The position numbers and the translations under genes are program-made. This document shows, piece after piece, positions 50,101-61,400 of a DNA stretch of 64,000 nucleotides (its first letter is position 1; every line of letters begins with the position of its first letter). The DNA lies in contig NIVC01003103.1 in NCBI GenBank assembly GCA_002269645.1, forward strand, positions 62,001 through 126,000, read 5' to 3'. The notes under the pieces are model-generated. The model saw only the letters and a list, made by a program, of their open reading frames with translations, searched no databases and was not told where the DNA came from. This DNA is from Macrostomum lignano (lineage: Eukaryota).

Positions 50101-52513
50101 CTTGCCTGAGCTCTGCAGTCCGAGTACGGAGACCGCCAAAATATTCTTCTGTCCCACAAGCTGCTTACAGTGAGTGAGCACAGAGGTCACCCAGGTGAGA
50201 GGAATGTTGCTAGCATCGCCGTCCAGAATCTCCAAGGGAATTCCCCAGAGCAGAAGGCGCGCAAAAACTTCTGGAAGAATTTCTGATTCACAACCAAAAG
50301 TTTTGTCGGTATCGTTCAGAGAACATGTGGCTTCAAAAAACTGACCGACTTCTCTGAAGACATTTTCCATGCCAATGGACATTTCGAGAATTGTTTTCTC
50401 AACTTGCCTGAGTGAATAATCAAATTTCTTTTGTAACTCGGTGCTAGTGCACTTCTCTACATCCTCAGCAGCTGAAACGGTATCCTTCTGTTGAAAAATA
50501 CTCTGCAGTTGAGTGCGGATATCTTTGCGATTCCTGTGAAGGTCTGGAAGCTTCTTCCTGGAGATTTCATCAAATAACAGCTTTTCCCATTGGATGAGAA
50601 GCTGTACAGGCAGGCCGCCTTCCGATTTCAAACAGCTGTTCGTTAACTGCTGCACAAAGTCTTTCATGAAAGCACTCAAATTTCTGCACCTTGCGATTTG
50701 GGTTGTCCTTTTCTCAGCTTTCTGTCTTTGGATTTCTTGAAGATCTTTTTTCTCGGCTTTGGAAGAGTTCTCTTTCTTGTGAAGCTGGCTGTACTCCATC
50801 CAGATTGCTTGGAGGGGAAGATGCTTTGTCTTGAATTCGTGCATCTCGGAATCGCTGCAATTCATGTGCTCAATTACCTTAAACGCAGATGTCCTTGACT
50901 CTGCAAGAACATGGTTGCATTCGTCTGTTTCAAAGGAGGCATTTTGATTTAATGCAGTCAGTTTCAGGCCCTCGGTTTCAGCTAGAAGACTTTCTAGTTT
51001 CTTTGAGATCTCACTGAGCAACTGTGTCTCGTTCTTAGACTTCATTCCTCGAAACGCCCAAATTATTTCCTTAGGCAGCGATTTAAAGTCGATCTCCTCT
51101 GCCTTAACCAATCTATCTTCTTTTTTAAACACAATGAGCAGCACCTGTCGATGCCTCAATATATTAATGGCTTGTAGAACTTCAGAGCTCTCCAGTGCTT
51201 TGATTTCGACCATCAGAACAACAATATCTGCCACCTGCGCAACAGCCTGGAACTCCTTGCTATGCTCAAGCAGATCGCCTCGAAGATTTGCCAGCACAAA
51301 GGCTTTGCTGAATGTGCTCGATGGGCCTTCCGACGGCAGGAAAACTGTGGCCTCTACCAACCCGTTTGTGCATTGTCGTCTGACGTCTCCGTTGTTGCAG
51401 TCGTGGTGGAAAAACGTATCCAAACTGCTCTTGAACAAAAGGCTGTTCAGCAGCTTCGACTTGGAGGTGCCGATCTCTCCAATTCGAGCAAAGCAGACGA
51501 CGGGAAAAGGGTGCTCGGAGACCAGACTCGTTTCCAGATACCGACCCTGACTGTCTCGGTATTCAACTACGATGTCTCTGAGGTTCCACTGACTCAGAGT
51601 GAGTTGACCCTCACGGTCACTGTAGATGAATGGAAATGCGAGCTTGCAGGTGAACAGAGCTTTGCACAGGATCTGCTGCACCTCAGGATCGCAGCAGAGA
51701 AAGCACGCCTGAAGAACGTCCATCGGATTAAGCGAATCTGGACTTTCGAAATCACAGAAAGGGTCTTCAGCTTCTGGCTCCGTGTCTTTCTTAGCAATTG
51801 ATATGTCTCTTGCAGTCCTATCGTAAGCAAGAAGACCTCTGAGAACAGTCCAACCCAGCCGATCAATTTCTGTTTTTTTAGGCTCCTGAAAACTGTCACT
51901 GTAGAGTCGCACAACGTCTGAGAATGAAAATTTCTGTTTGATGCTTTTCAGCTGCAGCAACTTTATCACTTTAAGAATCGCTGTTGGGGTATCACCATTG
52001 AAAGCACCACTGCTGTCTTCCTCGGTCATCTCATGACTGGCATCTTTGGCGACAGCCTCGCCCTTTCCCTCAGTCTCCTCATGACTGGAATCTTTGACGA
52101 CATCCTCGCCCTTTCCCTCAGTCTCCTCATGACTCGAATCTTTGACGACATCCTAGCCCTTTCCCTCAGTCTCCTCATGACTCGAATCTTTGACGACATC
52201 CTCGCCCTTTCCCTCAGTCTCCTCATGACTCGAATCTTTGGCGACAGCCTCGCCCTTTTCTTCAGTCTTATTTTTACTACTTGCGTCTTTGGCCACATGT
52301 CGCTGCCTTCTTCTTGATTGCCTCGCTTTTACGTTGAAGCAACAGAAGCTTAAACTGATTTTTCTCGAAGCTTCCGCTGTCTCCATGAGCCCTAGAATGT
52401 AAATTAGTCAGTCAGTCATTACAGTAGTATTAAAAAGACAAAAAAAGAACAAGTTCAGGGAACTCACCTGCAGCCTCCTCGGTCTCGCCGTCTTGAATGA
52501 GACCCTCAGCCAT
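47113..52513 (-). CDS. very large inducible GTPase (VLIG/GVIN1-URGCP-like); the spliced frame has one in-frame TAG, and an intact 1638-aa ORF runs from ATG 52029
   Basis: G1 GLQSSGKSTLLN, G2 region FAVSAGRCTRG, G3 DTEG, HDNELAT, and a C-terminal GCTAQCPFC...HRPQG motif. Exon 1 52513-52468 (G|GTGAGT) joins 52391 in phase 1. 5'UTR intron 52655-52585. TAG at 52155-52153. Confidence 0.85.
52030..52270 (-). repeat. 48-bp coding tandem repeat (EETEGKGEDVVKDSSH) at the VLIG N-terminus
   Basis: Four to five copies visible in the sequence; one copy has GAG changed to TAG. Confidence 0.9.
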
Positions 52514-53669
52514 GCAGATTCCGGCTCCTGGAAGGCCAGACAGAGTTTCGCTGCGCTCTGCAGGCAACAACAGGCGATGAAATTCTGAAGAAGGGACGGA
52601 AAGCTTAGCAGAGGTCTATCGCATACGATGGATAAAGTATAAAATAGTTAGTTACCTTCACACAAAAACCTCTTTGGTGTCGATGGAGATCAAAATAAGT
52701 TTACTCGTAACTACTTCAAGCTCTCTCGGCTTGTAATTCTGGGCAGCAATCCTGAAACGAATATATACCAATGGATCGTGGATAAAACCACGGAAATGCC
52801 GCGGACTAGCCGATGCAAAAGGGAAGTTCCTTTTTGAAGCAACTCCAGGGTTGCAAGCAAGGGCTGTGCTTAGTCGGCTTTGATTTACATTTAGCTAAAA
52901 ATACGTAGCATCGGAGCAATGCAGCCGCAATTTGATGGGTAGGTTGTACTCGTACATGATCGCGTACAGGGCGCTACGTGACTACCGCTGGATTGTTCTC
53001 GAAGAGGGGAGCAAGACATCAGCTACAGCAGAAAGACAATACAAGTACATTCTGAGCATTCTCTCTCCCCACAGTTGGTTCCTCCTAAAAGGAGAGCGGG
53101 CGACCGTACATCAGACAGGAACTTTTAGCTAGTTCCCTTTTATCTTTTTTGTTTATTTTTTTACCCCAGACAGTTTTCCTGCGCCTGAATAGAGGAGCTG
53201 AGACGCACCAAGTTGCCTTAAATTTTACTTTGCACTTTTGAGCATGAGTAGCGCTTTTGCTACATTTTTTGGTAAAAATAATTACGGGAGAAGCTCCTAT
53301 AGCCAGCTCCTGTAGCTAGGAGAAGATGAAAAGAGAGGAGAAGGGAGATTTTGATAGCCAGTGATAAAAATTACTGCTTTTCGAAATCGGAATTCAGAAT
53401 GAAAACAAAATGGACTTTTGAACAATTCTGCCAACATGTGTCATTTAGCTATCATATCGAAGTCATAGCCGATTATATAGGACACTGCTGGGACTTGATG
53501 GCGTTGACTATTCACGGACAGAGAGTACTTGCAGCAGCGTGTTCCTTACAACCGCGAAATGTACTTTTATATTAATCCAATTTCGTAAATACTCGGACCA
53601 CAGAGACTCGTTCGCAGTGACAACAAATGGGGCCAATTTTTTCGTGCGATCACATGGCTTGTACATTTC

Positions 53670-53786
53670 GGGGTCGTACCTATAGAGCTGTCGTAGCGTA
53701 AGTTCGATCGTACGTCGGAACTTTTACACTGCGAAGATGAGAGCTAATATCGATCTTATCTTACGATGGCTCTATGGAACGGGCCC
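53670..53786. mobile_element. small degenerate palindromic MITE-like element
   Basis: GGGGTCGTACCTATAGAGCTGTCGTAGCGTAAGTTCGAT versus reverse complement of the right end GGGCCCGTTCCATAGAGCCATCGTAAGATAAGATCGAT. Confidence 0.4.
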
Positions 53787-54295
53787 ATCGTCTTTGTCGC
53801 TCTGTGAACCAGTTGTGTGATTTGATGGTTAATTCATTGGCGGTGTGAACTGTGAACAAGCCGTAAATGTGTTATCTGGCTAGGCCGCTAGAGCCTCAGA
53901 AGTCCATACACGATATTACAGGCACATAAAGTTGGCCGCTTGCTGCCTAAGCCTGACCTGATGTGCTCACTGCATGCTCCGAATGACAGTTCGAGAGACT
54001 GCAGAACTGTTTCTACTCGAATTGGCAGGCCCCTGCCGAATAACTATGCTCCCTATTGGAACTTCCATAGCGAAAAATTATTACTCAAATGACAATAAAC
54101 TTCCCCTTCTATCACTTTGTTTTTGTATTAAATCCATACAAGTCAGACTTGAACGATTATTTGAATTGCAGCAAACAAACTACTTTTAGTAGCAACCTGG
54201 ACCACTTCCACCTCAATTTTGCGCAACCAGTTCAATTTGGTGTTAATCCTAATCCAGCTGCAGAAAATGGGTCTAGATCAAGAAAACAAAATCTT

Positions 54296-54392
54296 AAACT
54301 GGAAGCTGAAGGTGGAAATCGGATGCAGATGACAACTCAAACTGGAAGCTGAAGATGGAAATCGGATGCAGATAACAACTCAAACTGGAAGC
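54296..54392. repeat. 43-bp tandem repeat, ~2.3 copies
   Basis: AAACTGGAAGCTGAAG(G/A)TGGAAATCGGATGCAGAT(G/A)ACAACTC repeated. Confidence 0.85.
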
Positions 54393-54687
54393 TTGAAGGA
54401 ACACAATTCCATTGCCTACGAGCTACTACGATAGTTTGACTCAGCTTACAGATAAATAATTTCATAAATTTATCAAAAATTTATTGAACAGCACTATAAT
54501 CTGGCGGTGAACTCGTATATTTACAGGCCATCACTCGTATATGAGCACCTTTTCTGCACATTATTTCAGTACAAAATCTGCAGCATCAAAACAATGAAAT
54601 GAAAGCCAAAAAATTGCAGTTTAAAACGCGGAATAAAATATTAATATTTATTATAGCAAAAAGTTCACCGAAAAAGCGTCCAAGTGT

Positions 54688-56750
54688 TCACAGGAGGCCG
54701 CTGTCCAGGTCGGAGCTGTCCCGGCTGGGAAGGAACTTGGCCGTCAGACTGACCAGGTGTCGCTGAATGGTGTCCCGATTTGCCTCGAGCGAGTGGACCG
54801 TGACCAGCTCGAATCCGGCGTCCAGCAGTCTCTGGTCTGCGCTCGACTGCTCCCACTGGATGAGGTAGCTGAACTGGAGGCTCCTGTCGCGCCGGTAGAG
54901 CTGAACCTCCTTCCTGCGAGCGAACTCTCCGCCTGTCTCTGAACCCGAAGCCCCAGAGCTGGAGTGGTCGCGCTCGCGAGCCTTCACGGCGTGGGCAGCG
55001 TCGCGCAGGGCGCCGATGGTGGCAAGGATGCGCTTAGAGAGGCCCTTCGGGTGGCGACCCCAGTCGGGCGTCGGGGCGACGATTTCGTCGCTGCGCCGGT
55101 CCACTAGGGCAAAATGCACCAGGCCGATGTAGTTGGCGAGCACGCTGGACGAGGCCAGGTTTCTGCGCGCCTTTACGTCCAGAAATGGCAGGTAGTCCTG
55201 GAGGTCTTTTCTACAAGCCTGGGCAAGGTCCTGCACAGCCTGGCACACTGTGGCCGTCATCTTGAAGGGAAACTGCAGGAAGAGGTTCTCAAACACGCCT
55301 TTCATGACGGAAGACTTTAACTTATGCAGCAAGTTCTCTACCGCATTCAGGTACAAGTCTACCGTGCGGAAATGCTCGCTCCCTGGAGCTGCCCGGCTCA
55401 GGTGATCGTTGACATCGCGCATTGCTCGTTCGCAGGCGGGCGCGAAGCTGGCAGCGACTCCTGGCGGCTCCCTCAACGTCCTGATCAGCTCGACGAGGAG
55501 TCGTCTAACCGAGTGCAGCTCGGCGCAGATGGCAGCCTGCATTGCTGCCAGGTCGTCAACGGGTTGGCTCACATGGCTCAGGGCTCGGTCCGCCGCTCGG
55601 TGCATTCGATCTACCAACCGGGCCACGGAGCGCGGCTCCACAGCTTCTAGTGCCAAGAATACAACATTTCCCGTCATTGGTACGAAGTGAGCTTTGAATG
55701 GAGATAAAGTGGACGTGGTAGTGTTAAGGAACACAAGCATAGCTTTGGACTCTGATGGAGAGCTTTTGTTCAACTCAATCTGCTGCACCAGAGGATAGTG
55801 AGCATTGTGCTCCAACTCGATGCAACTGCCAGATGAGGAAGTAGATTGCCGCTGAGATGTCCCAAATGCGCCATTTATTCGTTCGGGTGTCGTCGCCAGA
55901 CCGGAACTCCGCGGACTGTGATTGGCAGAGAGGACGAACTCGTTGCACGAGTGGAAGGCAGAGGAAACATCGCTGTTGCTTGAACTGTTGGTCGGCTCAG
56001 CGCAACTGTTGAAGGTGGCTCCTTCTGGTTCCTTGTAGCGCTCTCATCGTAGACGTCAAACTTTGGGAACAGAGCGGGCACCAGAGAGATTAGAGTGAGA
56101 AAGTCCTGGGCTACAAGCTTACTTGTTCTCTCGGTGGAGTACAGGCACAGCAGCTTGGTGCCGCAGACAATCAGCACGTGCTCCACACCGCTCAACTCTC
56201 GACGTCTTCGCTGGAAGCCGCGCTCAATCGACTCGATAGCCTTGGCCTTGATGCCCTCCACCTTGACGCGCTCCACCGCAGAAAATGTGAACGCCAATTC
56301 GTGCGTAAACAGAGTCTTCCAGCCGGACACCATGCTGCCAACCAGGCTGAATGCGCCTTCTTTGTAATGCTTCAGTGTCTCAAAGTAAGGTCCCACCAGC
56401 GACCGCAGCTGCCGCTCCACATTGGCTAGCTGCTTGGCCGGCGGGCAGAATGTTTTTGAGCCGAATACACCGATCATGAGGAAGTCCTCGCACCGTCTGA
56501 ATACAACTTCCTCACTGTTGGCCAGTACAACCCGGCGATAGGCGGACTGCTGTGTTCTCATCAAGTTGTAGGTGGTCAGTAAGGGCGAGAAGAGCTGCAC
56601 AAGTACGTCCAGCGTCTGTCGGGACACGCCAGCTATCTCTCCAGCCTCGTTGGAGCCGCGATAAGCGGCCAGCAGGTTGGCCAAGTAGGCTTGATCCGCA
56701 TGACAGAACACAATGTCATTCACCGAGTTGAACACAACCAGGATTTTCAT
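54688..56750 (-). CDS. HPS1: Hermansky-Pudlak syndrome 1 (BLOC-3 subunit) homologue split across two frames
   Basis: N-terminal longin MKILVVFNSVNDIVFCHADQ...QLFSPLL; GTKLLCLYST...AQDFLTLISLV resembles HPS1 SKLLAFYSS...ADLLALILLV; C-terminal FELVTVHS. Frame 1 starts at ATG 56750 (or 56786). Frame 2 is open 56043-54688. The joined length is ~690 aa. Confidence 0.78.
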
Positions 56751-58466
56751 GCTGTTAGACGTTTCTGCGCTCGCATATCTGTGCATGACTAGAGGCTTAC
56801 TTTATAAAGGCTCCTTCTGTACTGTCCTGGCGTACGGCTGCGTGCGCGGCCCAACTGCAGGCTGTGTGGGGCAGGAAACTCGCGTACACTCGCCTTTCCA
56901 CCGGCATGACTAATGCGTAGCTATTTGTTTCACTTTGCTGCCAGGTGACCTTCCTATCATTTTTGACGCGCCCTACCGAGACTTTGAGTACGAAGTCTCT
57001 GCATGTACATTTTTAAAAACTCCGGTGAATGTCTATGCGCACAAGTCCAACTGTGCGTTCTGGCTTGATTCGGCGTCGAGCTTAGTTAGGGTAACCCGTT
57101 TTTAATTGAGAAAGATAGCGAAATCTGTTAATGAATTCGTACTTAGGCTTTGCAGTGAGAGCGGCAAAACTGCTCAAATCGTGACTCGCTTCACATTGCC
57201 TATGCGATAAGAGTAAAGAAATGGGAAATGCATGCTTGCCCTTAATCTTTCTGAATGCAATGTGGGAAAACAGTGAGTCTATAAGTTGCCATAATGTAAG
57301 GCTCTGTAAGAGATAAATTACAAGATTATGGGGATGTGAGCATGGCAGGGCAGCGCCGTAAACTTTTTAATTTCCCAGCTTCGCTTTGTACACTTTAATT
57401 ATTATGCACACTCTGTACTATACTAACGTGAGTTGAGTACAGAGCCGGTATATGTTGTGCTATACAAGCGCGAGCGCCCCCGCAATAAACCGTCAAATCG
57501 TGGGTTTGAGTTTCAAACAGCATGCAGCTGACATTTTGGGTAGCGAATTTGGTGTCAGGTGCGCCTAATTGAAGTGTCAGACGTGTAGAAATTGCGTGTG
57601 TGTGTTGTCAAAGCAGTTCCGTACTTTTGACACTCCCAGCTGCGCCTAATTGCATGGCACATGCACAAAGCCATGATATGATGTGCTGATCGATCTGTGC
57701 TGATTGATCTGAGGAGTTGGAGAATATTTTTGGACCCAAAATCAAATAGCTGAGCTGTAAGGTGCCGCTAAGTTTAATATTTTGTCCGCTTCATACGAGC
57801 GTATTGCATAAATGGTTTGTGACAGTTAAAGAAAAACACTGTTTCTAAAAAATCCGGATTTTTTGGTGAACTGAAGTCTATTTTAACTTTAATAAAATTA
57901 TCCTTTTTAACTGTTACTTAGCAGTGGAAAACTTAAATGGAAATGTTAGTGTGTTTTGGTTGGTACAGTTAAGGACAATTCTTGATTTGTATTTGCTTCC
58001 GCGGAAATCGTTTTTATACAACAAATACCCAGCCTCCGTCAAATGGACCCTTGGACGGTGCTCCCTGTACCATGTATCTCCCGATCTTACTTGTCATGAA
58101 ACTACTTTAAGTAGCACAAACCGATTAGTCAGTAATCATTTCATTCGACTTTATTTGTGCCCTGAAATACGAAGTAAAACGTTCAAAAATAGCCTCTACA
58201 TGCTGCAGTAAAATGCTATCATTATTAACTTTACCTAACGGAAAATTACAGAAAGCATCTGTTGTATAGTTTGTTTTGTTTCATCCAATATTTGAATAAT
58301 ATTTTTAAATGCCGACCGAATCTACGTTATTTTTTTACGGCCACGCCTCACTTTTTATATAGACCATAGTAAATAGTAGAATTTCATTCTGTTTATAGAT
58401 ACAAAGAATAACTACAACTATCATCGTTTTCTGTGTTTTTTTAAGTACTTCGCACTCAAAGACATA

Positions 58467-61400
58467 ATGCTGATCAAAGAGTAGTAAGTGCTTATGTTTT
58501 ATACCATTTTGCTTGTGTAAAAAACTTAATTTATTTTATTAGCATAACTTGTCTCAGTTAAGAAACACAAAGTATCTCAATGCATCTTAATAGGGTATTC
58601 TCACATATTTTTTGGACGATTTATATTTACTCTGTTACCTGTCACTGCCTACCAGTCACACTTATTTAGTTTTTGTCAGTTAAAATAATAAAAAATATAT
58701 TAGGCCTAATATCACATACTTTTATGCAGCTTAGACTTAGTATATATTTTTTCAAGGTAAATTTTAGTAGTATATACTTCTTTTTTCTCAAATGCAATTA
58801 GGCCTAGTAGTCTCTCACTTAATAATAGAATCAGTTGCACAGCTTAGATTCTTTGTTACAAGACACCATTTGAAAGGATAAAAAGAATATCATTGACATT
58901 GACATTGTTAGCATATTTTATAATAATATAAATATATTTAAATCCTTTTTAAATAGAGTCTACAATATTGTTATTAGATATTGTAATATACTACAATGTA
59001 AATGTATAATGGTTATCCAGAAATAGCAGGAAAACTGTTATAGAGGCTAACTATGATATTCAAATTTGATGCAACTTGTGTCATAAGTATAAAAAAATCC
59101 AACAGTTGTTTTGTTTTTTAAATGGGATAAAAATTTCCATTCATTCAAAATTTATGCCTATAATTAAAACAAGGGATAGGGGGTAAAGTTATACTAAGTC
59201 AAAGGGTCTGCAAAGTTGGTCACGCAGTATTGCCATCACCTTTGACTGATGACTTTAATAAAGTCACCCCTCAGCCTGCAGCCTGCAGCTATTCTGCTTC
59301 TGCTTCAGATTTGCTTCTGCTTTTTAAGGGCTTATGTGCTTATTTGTTTCTCTTCAGCTTCTTCATTTGCTTTTGTTTTCGAATTGATGGTTTTGACTAA
59401 ACAATAATGTCAAAAGTTTAGTCTATGGATAGCATAGTAGGCTTGACTTGGTATAAATCTACCCCTTACCCCTTGTTCTAATATTAGCATAACTTTTGAA
59501 TGAATTGACATTTTTATCTCATTTGAAAAACAAAACAACCATTCGATTTTTTTCTACTTATGATGCAAGTTGTATCAAACTCAAATATCATAGTCTGCCT
59601 CTGAACTGGCTTTTCCTGCTATTTCTGGGACAGCCCTCATATTTTGTGCAATCCTTAATTTTTATTATGTAAAATGAATCTTTTTAAGTATAAGTATAGA
59701 TCCAAAAAATTGAAAAAGAAGTATATATTATGGTAATTTTGTATTAAGATCCCCAATTTTATTTAGTTTTACTTTATAATCCCTTTAAAAATAAGTGCAA
59801 AGGTAATATAGTTTATCAAAGATGGTTTAATAACAATATTTTATGTCAAAAGAAAATTTAAGCATATAACTGAAATCCCTAACCCTTTATAGACAATAAT
59901 AGGAAAAAAATGCCATGTATATTATGTAAATTTAGCTTAATTAAGGGACCATTGGACCTGTCCACTTAAATCTATTATATTGGCTTTTACTTTTGTAATA
60001 AGTATAAACATAAAACTTAATTTTAATCTTGGTTTCAGTTTGCTTATATAAATAATGCCCTTGAAGGCCAATACTTAGGGTATAATAAAGCGCCTAATGA
60101 TATATACAATTCAGGACTAATTATTTATCACAATAAATTACTCCTATGTAAGTATATGCCTACATATATAACTATATATATAAATATTTAATGCTTGTAT
60201 AAGGGAATTGATAGAATGGGTAGTAATGTCTCTTAATCGTTATAAAACAATGTTTCCTAATGTATACCATAGTGCATATAGCCCACTTGCCTGCCTCTAC
60301 CTAACTAAGTATATATCAAGAGGTTTATTTATTATAGTACAATTACTTAGAACAAGTACTTGCCCCATTAAGAGTATTTAGTCATTGAATTTTTTTATCT
60401 AGGTCCTGATTAATTAAAATCATGTTTACCATAATTTTAAATGTTTTTTAATTGTTCTAGTATTTTATTATATTTTTGTGGCAGAAACACTAATGGTTAT
60501 AAATTCAATTTATTAAACATGTTTTTTTAATTTTCTAAATAAATCAATAATCAATAATTAGCATTCCCTTGGGTGTTTGAAACCAGATTCCTAAGACACT
60601 GTCCCACCCACCTATTGTGCAGTCGCGTGATCCTGCCCATGACAGTGGAGGAGTACCAGATTGCCCAGCTCTACTCCGTGGCTGAGGCCTCCAAGCAGGA
60701 AACTGGCGGAGGCGAGGGTATTGTTGTGGTGCACAATGAGCCCTTTGATGTTGCCGCCAACAAGTGGCCGCCAAAGACGCCGCTGCTTGGCAATAGAGGC
60801 ACTGGCCAGTACACCTACAAGATCTACAAGCTGCAGAAGTGAGTTCACCTTTGCCTTTCCTTTGGTACACAGGTATAGCTGGTTGCTACTTGGCTGTCAC
60901 CCTCCCTGATGCTCAGATTAGGCTGTCTGTCACCCTCCCAGCTGCTCAGATTAGGTTGTCATCCCCCAGATCCTCAGATAAGGCTGTCACCTTCCCGGAT
61001 GTTCAAATTAAGCTGTCGCCCTCCTGTATGTTTAGATTAGGCTGTCACCCTCCCGGATGTTCACCCCCACCCCATATTTTCAGATATTAGGCTGTCACCC
61101 GCACCCCATATGTTCAGATTAGGCTGTCACCCCACCCCATATGTTCAGATTAGGTTGTCACTCCCACCCCATATGTTCAGATTAGGCTGTCACCCCCACC
61201 CCATATGTTCAGATTAGGCTGTCACCCCACCCCATATGTTCAGATTAGGCTGTCACCCCACCCCATATGTTCAGATTAGGCTGTCACCCCACCCCATATG
61301 TTAAGATTAGGCTGTCACCCTCCCAGATCCCATTCAGCAATCTCAAATCTGTCTGAATGACGTCAAACAATGCCTGGAATGTTTAGCTTTGAGTACAAAG

